From assembly GCA_046570105.1 (NCBI GenBank), contig JBKHVI010000004.1, positions 32,001 to 96,000 of the forward strand: 64,000 nucleotides of DNA. The letters are read 5' to 3'. The notes beneath the pieces are model-generated. The model worked only from the letters and a program-made list of their open reading frames with translations, was not told where the DNA came from and did no database searches. The position numbers and the translations under genes are program-made. Numbering within the stretch: the first letter of the stretch is position 1; each line of letters begins with the position of its first letter. The stretch is from Bacteriovoracia bacterium (lineage in GTDB: Bacteria; Bdellovibrionota; Bacteriovoracia; Bacteriovoracales; Bacteriovoracaceae). Positions 8,286 through 17,744 of the stretch are shown here, piece by piece.

Positions 8286-9698
8286 TTAATGTTGCAAATG
8301 TTTTTTGATGAGTTGAGGATCAGTCCACTGTAAATGCACCATGGCCATAATGCTCGCCTCAAAGGCCAATCGTTCGTCCTGGTGGACTAATGATATTTTA
8401 AGCAACTCTTCCCAACGACCACCCAGCATCGAATCTTTAAGTTGATTCAGAAGAGTTAATTTTTGATTGTCGCTCGACTTGAGCATCATCTGTGCTACCT
8501 CTTGATTTAACCGTTCAGACCAATCGTTTTCAAAAACAGTTAGCTTAGTCATGACATCTTTTTTAATTTGTTCTTTGAGTGAAATTCCCTCGTAACTGTA
8601 ATCATATGAATGAAGATTATACATCACCTCATAGCGACGCTTAAGTGGCCAAGGTGTCTGACGATCAAAAATTAATTCAATTTCGATCTCCATTCTTTTT
8701 TGAAAAGATGCCCAATGTTTAGGAAATTCCTGGGGCGTGAAATTTTGAATTGTTTCTAGCGCCCAACCAACCTGAGTATCTTGTCCAAATCCTAGAATCG
8801 CTGCCGCCTTATTAGCTAGTTTTCTGCCTTGAGGAATGAGCATGAGCGCAACCAAAACTCCCGCCAATATAAAAGTACGCAAAAGATCTAAGCCAAATTG
8901 AGTTAAATGATGTTGCCATGAACTTGTCATCTGAATGACGGGAGCAACTACCGTTTCAACTGCTTCTTCTTTTTCTGGAACCGGAGCTGCAGGTGGAATT
9001 TCATGTATGGTTGTAAGTCGATCGAGCTGACGAAGTTCGATCAGCTTATCGAGGTTTTTTAATTCATCGAGCTGATCTAATTTATCCAGCTGACCTAACT
9101 TTTCTAAAAGAGGAAGATTGTTAAGAGCATCAAGGTGCTTCAATAGATTGAACTTTTCAGAATTCGCTTCTAGTAATTCCTTTAACCCACTCAGTTCTTC
9201 CAATTTTGTCAGCGCAGTCAATTCTTGCAATCGATCGAGGTTTTCAAGATATTTAAGATGATCAAGTCGCTCTAATCCACCTAGGTCACGCAAAGATCCA
9301 AGAGCATCAAGGCGATGAAGAGCGTGCAATTTATCTAGCGATTCTAAGCGGTCTAAGTTTTTGAGTTCTTTGAGTGAGTCAAGCTTTTGAAGTTGATCAA
9401 GTTGTTTAAGCTCATTCAGCGATTCGAGCTGGCGAAGTTCATTGAGTTTTTTAAGTTCTTCTAATTGCTGTAGATGGTTTAGGCTATCGAGTTTTTTAAG
9501 TTCTTCTAATTTCTCAAGCAACTGGAGCTTATCGAGGCCTTCGATTTTATCTAATTTAGTAAGATGGCTAAGAAGATGTAGGTTAACCAGATGATCTAGC
9601 GATGATAAACGAGACAACTCACGTAAACGTTCAAGTCCACCCAGTGAACTAATCAGTTCATCGATTTTATGTTCGAGGTTAGTCACAGCACTTGTCAT
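8286..9698 (-). CDS. Single-TM membrane protein with N-terminal (Leu-x-x)n repeat domain
   Basis: Leu at nearly every third residue over about aa 20-230; TM segment (FILAGVLVALMLI); helical C-terminal domain. Confidence 0.75.
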   Translation of the reverse strand: MTSAVTNLEHKIDELISSLGGLERLRELSRLSSLDHLVNLHLLSHLTKLDKIEGLDKLQLLEKLEELKKLDSLNHLQQLEELKKLNELRQLESLNELKQLDQLQKLDSLKELKNLDRLESLDKLHALHRLDALGSLRDLGGLERLDHLKYLENLDRLQELTALTKLEELSGLKELLEANSEKFNLLKHLDALNNLPLLEKLGQLDKLDQLDELKNLDKLIELRQLDRLTTIHEIPPAAPVPEKEEAVETVVAPVIQMTSSWQHHLTQFGLDLLRTFILAGVLVALMLIPQGRKLANKAAAILGFGQDTQVGWALETIQNFTPQEFPKHWASFQKRMEIEIELIFDRQTPWPLKRRYEVMYNLHSYDYSYEGISLKEQIKKDVMTKLTVFENDWSERLNQEVAQMMLKSSDNQKLTLLNQLKDSMLGGRWEELLKISLVHQDERLAFEASIMAMVHLQWTDPQLIKKHLQH

Positions 9699-9725
9699 GT
9701 GTTGTGCCTATCGGAGTTATTAAAC

Positions 9726-9758
9726 AAAAAAAAAGAGAGGGAAACCCTCTCCTTTTTT
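9726..9758. terminator. Intrinsic terminator (bidirectional-type)
   Basis: GAGAGGG-aaa-CCCTCTC stem flanked by an A-tract and a T-tract. Confidence 0.75.
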
Positions 9759-9779
9759 CTTGAGTATGCTTGTTAGGTT

Positions 9780-10892
9780 TTATTGCCCACTGGCTTTACG
9801 TTGATACTGATAATGGCTGCGACGAGCTTCTTCTTTGAAAGAAGTAATATCGCTGTCGTTTACATGTGAAGCAATAAACTGCTCCATACAGCCTGCCAAT
9901 TTGTTATAGCTCATACACATATTGTAGAGGGCACCTTTGGTATCTGTGGCACTGACAGCTTTATAATCTCCACCGAGGATTTCCATTCTAGAGAGGGCCT
10001 GATCAGAAAGCATGGGAATATCGATACCAATTTTTTTACCGACAAGATGGGCCATATCGAAACAATCTGCATTTTGACGTTCACCCGATACAATCTGTTC
10101 TTTGATTAGATAGCGTAGAGCATTGTCTGTTGATGTAAGCGAATTAAGTTCTGTTCTGTCTCCCACCTCTGAAGCAAGATCGAAAGTTTTATTATAGTCT
10201 CCGCTATTTGTTTTAGCGGCATCACAAGAAGCAGCATCGGCTTCGAGCTTTCTCGTTACTTCCTTAAGAGCTTGCACAGCTTTTTCAGGCTTATGTTTCC
10301 AGTGATACCAGGCCAAACCTCCCAGCACAGCAGCCACGACTGCTGCAATGATAACGAGGATGGTGCCGGAGATTGGTTCAGCGTATGCATCCGAAACAAA
10401 AATCTGTCCATAAATCATCTGAAGCATGGTGGTCTTTTTGCTTCCTAGGGCCTCAGTAATCCTGTCTTTAATTTGCGCCACACTGGCATCTTTAAAACTG
10501 ATGACTTTGCCTTCCACCATTATTTGTTGTTTATAAATATCCGCGAGAGTAAAGCTGACTTTTCGTCCATCAAAACTCGCCACCCAATAGCCTTTCGACT
10601 TCTCAGTAAAAAGTGGAATCCTATTTCCTTTAGCAGAAGCAATTATGGCTTCAACTTGCTGCTTATCTTCTTTAGTGAGGTGGCTCGCAGAGCGCATATA
10701 CTCTTTAGCCCCCACTTTCATGAGGGAGTCCACTTGTGCTTCCACGGTAGCTAAAAAGCCTTTTGCTTCTTCGTGGCTCATAAGATCAACCAAGCGCTTA
10801 GCTGGGCTGTAGGGTTGATGCTCACCTAGTTCAGCTGCCACGGGTGCAGTGACAAATTGAAAAGTTAAAAGCATGGCAAATAATGTACGCAT
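9780..10892 (-). CDS. Hypothetical secreted/membrane protein
   Basis: Signal peptide, internal TM (ILVIIAAVVAAVLGGLAW), 4 Cys in the C-terminal part, GGGGAG RBS. Confidence 0.75.
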   Translation of the reverse strand: MRTLFAMLLTFQFVTAPVAAELGEHQPYSPAKRLVDLMSHEEAKGFLATVEAQVDSLMKVGAKEYMRSASHLTKEDKQQVEAIIASAKGNRIPLFTEKSKGYWVASFDGRKVSFTLADIYKQQIMVEGKVISFKDASVAQIKDRITEALGSKKTTMLQMIYGQIFVSDAYAEPISGTILVIIAAVVAAVLGGLAWYHWKHKPEKAVQALKEVTRKLEADAASCDAAKTNSGDYNKTFDLASEVGDRTELNSLTSTDNALRYLIKEQIVSGERQNADCFDMAHLVGKKIGIDIPMLSDQALSRMEILGGDYKAVSATDTKGALYNMCMSYNKLAGCMEQFIASHVNDSDITSFKEEARRSHYQYQRKASGQ

Positions 10893-10919
10893 AATTCTCC
10901 CCAGAAATTTCTCATCTTA

Positions 10920-10947
10920 TTATCGGCTAACTCTGGGGAAAACTTGA
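10920..10947 (-). promoter_or_regulatory. sigma28 (FliA)-like promoter
   Basis: TCAAG-N15-GCCGATAA, with a perfect -10 element. Confidence 0.65.
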
Positions 10948-10980
10948 CTAACCAAGACGGGGGAAGTCGTAAGGTACTGA

Positions 10981-11010
10981 AATAAAAAGGGCACCCCGAG
11001 AGGTGCCCTT
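10981..11010 (-). terminator. groEL intrinsic terminator
   Basis: AAGGGCACC-N6-GGTGCCCTT stem followed by a T-tract on the minus strand. Confidence 0.8.
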
Positions 11011-11040
11011 CCTAATAATAGCCTTATAAGAGAGGCAGAA

Positions 11041-12720
<1,680 letters not shown>

Positions 12721-12725
12721 TTAAA

Positions 12726-13013
12726 TTATTGTAGAACGCCCAAGATCTCATCTTCTTTCATGATGAGGTAGTTCTCGCCGCCAACTTTAACTTCTGTGCC
12801 TGAGTATTTTCCGAAAAGCACTTTGTCGCCTTTCTTCACATCTAGAGCTTTAACTGATCCGTCAGTCAGGCGGTAGCCAGTACCGACTGCGATCACTTCA
12901 CCTTGAGCTGGTTTTTCTTTGTGATTGTCCGGGATGATGATGCCACCAACAGTTTTTGTTTCTTCTTCTACGCGCTTGATGAGAACGCGATCTTGTAACG
13001 GCTTCACAGTCAT
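12726..13013 (-). CDS. groES: Co-chaperonin GroES
   Basis: [18 protein letters not shown]; start set to ATG 13013 after a GGAGG RBS. Confidence 0.98.
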   Translation of the reverse strand: MTVKPLQDRVLIKRVEEETKTVGGIIIPDNHKEKPAQGEVIAVGTGYRLTDGSVKALDVKKGDKVLFGKYSGTEVKVGGENYLIMKEDEILGVLQ

Positions 13014-13085
13014 GGATATTCCTCCGGTTAAAATGCGCAATGCATTAAGTAAATTGAATTATGTAGTGTGCTTAATCGCAGACAC

Positions 13086-13113
13086 AATCTAATACCGGTC
13101 TCGCTGGTGTCAA
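13086..13113 (-). promoter_or_regulatory. sigma70-like promoter of groES-groEL
   Basis: TTGACA-N16-TAGATT; no CIRCE inverted repeat seen. Confidence 0.55.
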
Positions 13114-13153
13114 GGTTAGCCTCGAGAAGAAAATTTTTAGGTCGGTATAACCA

Positions 13154-13181
13154 TTGAAAAACACGAGTAATGCGTTATGAT
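13154..13181 (+). promoter_or_regulatory. sigma70-like promoter of the ClC gene
   Basis: TTGAAA-N16-TATGAT. Confidence 0.55.
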
Positions 13182-13190
13182 AGGACCATC

Positions 13191-14719
13191 GTGAAAATGC
13201 CCTCTCTCAGCTCCGAACAAAAGTTTCTCCTCTCTACTGTGGTCATCGGTTTCACTGCGGGTCTAGTTGCCGTAGCTCTTGAGCGTCTAGTCCACCTCCT
13301 ATCCCACCTTGCAGGCACTCAACAAACCTTCGGCCTCAAGGCATTTCTCATGGGGAGTGCCTTTATTTTAATGGCCGCTTTTTTAGCAAAAAAACTCCGG
13401 CCCTGATTGGCTCAGGTATCCCGCGCACCAAACTTCTTTTAGCAATTCATCATGGAATTATTCATTCCAAAGAATGGGTACAAAAGTTTTTTGCTACTGC
13501 TCTTACCCTGGGCGCAGGAATTCCGCTGGGACTTGAAGCACCTACTATTGCGGTTTCAGCGGGAATCGGATCAAGCCTTGGTCGAACTTTTTTCCGCGAT
13601 GCCCGTAAAATAAGAGATCTCGTACATATCGGTTGTTCGGCTGGTATCGCGGCAGCTTTCAATGCTCCCATCGCAGCCGTCATTTTCACACTAGAAGAAA
13701 TGATTGGTAATATGAATGCTCGTGCCTTGGGGCCCATTCTTATTGGCTCTCTCGTCGCTTCTGTCACCGCTGCTACATTTAAAGGTGAGAATTCTATCTT
13801 TATTGTGACCACCTATAAACTCGGTCATCCCTCGGAATTGATTTTCTATTTAGGCTTGGGGTTAGCTTCTGGATTAGCTGGACCACTCTTTGTTAGAAAT
13901 ATTGTGGGTGTCAAAAAACTCTCCAAGAAGATCTTTCGTCATCACTTTTTTACTCCCATGCTGATTGGTCTTTTATTAACGGGGCTCTTTTCTCTTTATC
14001 ACCCTCTGGTAACTGGGCCGGGCGTACGTATCATTAACTCTCTTTTAGCTGGAGAAGTTTTCGATCTGAAAATTCTAGGCGGTATCATCGTTTTAAAATT
14101 CTTAGCGAGTGCATTCTGTTACGGAACTGGAATGAGTGGCGGAATTCTACTGCCTACTATGGTGATCGGAGCCGCTTTTGGAACTCTCTGGGGTGCTTTG
14201 AGTGCTCAAGTTCTGGGGTATAACGATATTCAACTAGGCGCCTATGCCTTGGTGGGTATCGGGGCCTTCTTAGCTGCAGTGATTAAAGCTCCATTCACTT
14301 CCATTGTTCTTGTATTTGAAATGACCCGTGATTATCGAATTGTTCTGCCACTGATGATTGCTAACTTGGTCGCTTGGCTGTTAGCGGAAAAACAATTCAA
14401 GGGTTCAATCTATGAATACATGGCGAATCTGGATGGACTGGAACTTCCGGCCGGAGAAGAAGATGAACTTAATCACACAGAAGTAGGTTCGTTTTATAAA
14501 CCATCGCCAGAAATGCTGACAAAGACTTTGCCGTTTGGGGCCATGATTTATCCCGATCAATCAGTCTCATTAGCGCTGGTAAAATTGAAGAGAGAAAAAT
14601 TTGAAGGCGAATTGGTCGTAGTTAATCGTCTCAATCCTCTCGAAAAACTCGGTACACTTCGCTTGCAAGATATTCTCAATCATCTCCAAAGCCAGGGTCA
14701 AAACGTCACCAGCAACTAA
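13191..14719 (+). pseudogene. ClC family chloride/H+ antiporter split by a frameshift near 13388-13400
   Basis: The first frame ends at TGA 13404-13406. The -1 frame continues TPALIGSGIP..LGLEAP..AAAFNAPIAAVIFTLEE in frame with ORF 13700..14719 (GGILLP, FEMT, SIYE). Confidence 0.8.
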
Positions 14720-14774
14720 AATACTCCGGCAATAAATTCCTGCGCATCCTCACGATTCCATCTGTTTACACTCC

Positions 14775-14801
14775 TCAAGTCCACCCCTCGCATTCCGAAA
14801 A
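14775..14801 (+). promoter_or_regulatory. sigma28-like promoter candidate
   Basis: TCAAG-N14-TCCGAAAA upstream of the lipoprotein gene. Confidence 0.4.
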
Positions 14802-14857
14802 GGTAAGTACGATACAATGGACCTAGAGCGTAGGGCCTTCCCAAGGAAAGGGGATGC

Positions 14858-15361
14858 ATGATCTCGATAGTTAAAAAAATGTTTCCGATCTGTCCCATGC
14901 TGATGATGCTCATCTCATGCGGAAAGAAAGTGGAAGACGGCTCAAGCACTGAGCGCCGAAGACTAGATTTGAATCTCCCTGAGACTCTATCTATGGATTC
15001 GGAAGCGACAGGTGGTTTTAGCCGAACCGATGGAACTTATACTGTTCCACGTGATGGCGATATCGAACTTCCTGTCACAATCAGCTCTTCTGGTGCCACT
15101 GGCGGATTTGAAGTCAAACTCGAATTGAATTTGTTTGATGGAGAAGTAGAGTTCGATTGCGTCTGGAAAGGCCAAGGCAACTCTTATCGCTTCGTCTCAT
15201 GCCAAGATCCTGATGGCCGCGACTTAGGTCTTACTGCAGACAATATCAGCGCATTCACCTTCCCTATTGATCAAGGCAAAACTCTTCGTCTCCGTCTCGA
15301 AGCTGCTCCTGTTAATACAACGGTCAAAGCTACTGCTTTGATGCCGGTTACTTGGAAGTAA
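14858..15361 (+). CDS. Hypothetical lipoprotein
   Basis: Lipobox LISC followed by GKK; beta-rich mature part with 2 Cys; exact start uncertain. Confidence 0.7.
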   Translation: MISIVKKMFPICPMLMMLISCGKKVEDGSSTERRRLDLNLPETLSMDSEATGGFSRTDGTYTVPRDGDIELPVTISSSGATGGFEVKLELNLFDGEVEFDCVWKGQGNSYRFVSCQDPDGRDLGLTADNISAFTFPIDQGKTLRLRLEAAPVNTTVKATALMPVTWK

Positions 15362-15380
15362 TTCTCTAAAAAAATTTATC

Positions 15381-17219
15381 TTATTTAATCGATGCCGGAG
15401 CACGTGTCTTGTCTGGCATTAATCCTGCCTTGGATAAGGCCGCCATCTTTTCAGCTGAGCGCTGAGCAACCACACGATCGACCACTGCTTGCAGTTCTTC
15501 TTCTTTAAGAAAGCGCTGAAGGCGATGAACCAATAACACATCCAGTGCTTTGCCTGATTCTTCTTTCACCGACATCTTGAATAAGCGTGATGAATTGGAT
15601 GACAACCAACTATCTGTCACCTGTCCAAAGAGATAGTCTGTAATGACCCAATCTTTTTGCATCAGAGCGATATCAATTGGAGAACTGAAACCTGAACCTT
15701 TGGAAGGATCGGCCCCGGCAGAGATAAGGAATTTTACGACTGGAAGATTCTGTTTATGAACCGCTACTTCTAGGGGTGTGACACCAAACAAGAGATACTG
15801 GCGGGCATTGATATAAGTGGCGTGACGAGTGTAGCTTTTTAACTCATCTAAGTTACCGCGCTCAACTAACTGCAGATAAACTCTGTTTTGCTGAACATTG
15901 GTGTAAGTCAGAAGTCCTGTTAGCATGAAAAGAGAAAAACCCATCGCTAAGGCGCGCGGAGAAGCCGCTCGAAAACTCACTTCAAGCATACGGCTCACGG
16001 CCGATTGGTTCCAGTCGTAAGCCACACCCAGTGCAATTTTGGTACGGACGTTTTCAATACGCGTTTCAATTTCTGGATGAGTTTTAAACGGGTTCCAAGA
16101 AGGTTGACGACGGGCCTCTTCACGGAATTTGCGTGCCACTTTAAGAAGAGCCGTTTCCATATCTTCTAAACGAATACCGAGCTTCATCACCGCAAAAGCA
16201 TCAGCTTCGTGCTCTTGACGACGATAATTTCTAAACAGCCAAGAAACGATCATGATGTAACTTAAAACCAAAGTCACAACCAGTGAGCCACCAAAGATGA
16301 CGATACTGGTTGATGGATCATCACTTATGACCAGAGTCAGAACCATACTCAAGATAAGTGATGAGATAAGTGAAATAACTAAACCGAATACCAACAAGAA
16401 TGCGTACGTAATTCGTTTGAGAAGATGGCCATTGGCCATGTGACCTAGCTCGTGACAAATAACTGCATCAAACTCATCTCGGGTGAGCAGGTCACGCAAG
16501 CTGCGACCAATGAACATAGTTTGATTGGAAAAGCCAAACCACTTAAATCCCACCACAAAAGCGTTATTGAAATCGGGAATATCGATCCAGCGCAAACGAA
16601 CATCTTGCCATTCGATTTGCACCAAACGTTTACGAATCATCTCCAAGTGCTCTTCTTCGACGATGGCACTGTTGGGGATCATCTTCAGCATGAACATAAC
16701 GGAGAATACGATAGTTAATAAAGACAGCACCACAATACGTCCCACTGTGAAGACCAAAACTTCCATGGCATCAATACGGCCGACAGGTGAATCGATCAAA
16801 GTGGCATTTAAGAATTGAAAAATAAAAAAGGGCGCCAAGAGTGCAGCTGTCAAACGCAGATAAGAGAGCATTGATTTAATAAAGCGCTCAGGAGAAGTAT
16901 CTGCCAGTCTTCTATGCCAAGGATAGAGCAAGGTGATCTGAAAAACATAGGTCGTTAGAATTGATCCCAAACCAAAAATGACAAATTGATTGGAGGTAGA
17001 AAAACTATGTGGGACAAGTTGTGAGATCGCTAAGTAGGCCGCAAAGTGAGCAAAGTATAAAACACCAAAAGGCCGATTCACCAAACGATGAAATTCATCT
17101 AACGAAATATTTTGCGCGTTTTCACCTTTAAAGGGTTTCAAAAGTGAGTAATGCCACCACAAAGCGAAGCTTGAATAAATCACAAAACTAACAATGATGA
17201 TGGCAAGAATAGCAGACAC
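15381..17219 (-). CDS. M48 family membrane zinc metalloprotease with C-terminal ankyrin repeats
   Basis: NAFVVG, HELGH, EHEADAFA and THP M48 motifs; multiple TMs; GVTPLEVAVHKQNLPVVKFLISAGADP ankyrin-like repeat. Confidence 0.8.
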   Translation of the reverse strand: MSAILAIIIVSFVIYSSFALWWHYSLLKPFKGENAQNISLDEFHRLVNRPFGVLYFAHFAAYLAISQLVPHSFSTSNQFVIFGLGSILTTYVFQITLLYPWHRRLADTSPERFIKSMLSYLRLTAALLAPFFIFQFLNATLIDSPVGRIDAMEVLVFTVGRIVVLSLLTIVFSVMFMLKMIPNSAIVEEEHLEMIRKRLVQIEWQDVRLRWIDIPDFNNAFVVGFKWFGFSNQTMFIGRSLRDLLTRDEFDAVICHELGHMANGHLLKRITYAFLLVFGLVISLISSLILSMVLTLVISDDPSTSIVIFGGSLVVTLVLSYIMIVSWLFRNYRRQEHEADAFAVMKLGIRLEDMETALLKVARKFREEARRQPSWNPFKTHPEIETRIENVRTKIALGVAYDWNQSAVSRMLEVSFRAASPRALAMGFSLFMLTGLLTYTNVQQNRVYLQLVERGNLDELKSYTRHATYINARQYLLFGVTPLEVAVHKQNLPVVKFLISAGADPSKGSGFSSPIDIALMQKDWVITDYLFGQVTDSWLSSNSSRLFKMSVKEESGKALDVLLVHRLQRFLKEEELQAVVDRVVAQRSAEKMAALSKAGLMPDKTRAPASIK

Positions 17220-17246
17220 GAGAATCCCTCCCAGGGTCTTACTTTC

Positions 17247-17274
17247 TTTTCGTCAATTTGGAGTGTTAACTATA
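17247..17274 (-). promoter_or_regulatory. sigma28-like promoter candidate
   Basis: TATAG-N15-GACGAAAA, with mismatches to consensus. Confidence 0.35.
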
Positions 17275-17296
17275 GTACCCGAGTGAGTTCGACGGA

Positions 17297-17707
17297 TTAA
17301 AAACAAGAGCGTTTGTAGTGCATGAAAACCATTGATTGATGAACCAAACCAAGGCTGTAGTCACCAATTTTGGCCCTCACACGTACTGGAATCTTATAGT
17401 CAGTTAATCCCGTACAATTATAACCGGCCGCTCCGCCTGCAATAAGTTGGGTCATCCAAGGTGTGAGTTTCTCTCGTAAATAATTGGCATCGTATTCACG
17501 CATGGATTCTTTTTGGCATTCCGAGCGACAAGACTTCTGTGCTTCGGCATCATACTTTCCAAAATAGCTGGTTTTGAACTCACCCACTGAGTAACTACCG
17601 ACCTTTTTGGAAACGGAAAGCGGTGCCACCGCGAAAACTTCGCACTGGCAATAATCCGCTAAAACCTGTGAGCTCCAAAGAAGGAGAATAAAACCAAATA
17701 TTTTCAT
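17297..17707 (-). CDS. Small secreted Cys-rich protein
   Basis: Signal peptide (QVLA|D); 6 Cys. Confidence 0.7.
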   Translation of the reverse strand: MKIFGFILLLWSSQVLADYCQCEVFAVAPLSVSKKVGSYSVGEFKTSYFGKYDAEAQKSCRSECQKESMREYDANYLREKLTPWMTQLIAGGAAGYNCTGLTDYKIPVRVRAKIGDYSLGLVHQSMVFMHYKRSCF

Positions 17708-17716
17708 TCATTGGTT

Positions 17717-17744
17717 TTATCGGTTGAGTCTGAAGGCTACTTTA
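17717..17744 (-). promoter_or_regulatory. sigma28 (FliA)-like promoter
   Basis: TAAAG-N15-ACCGATAA, overlapping the polA stop. Confidence 0.6.

Noticed and set aside
13014..13170. CIRCE or sigma32 element upstream of groES
   Set aside because: No TTAGCACTC-N9-GAGTGCTAA or CTTGAAA..CCCCAT match found
13170..13406. Independent 78-aa membrane protein
   Set aside because: It is the N-terminal part of the frameshifted ClC, and its listed ATG lies inside the putative promoter
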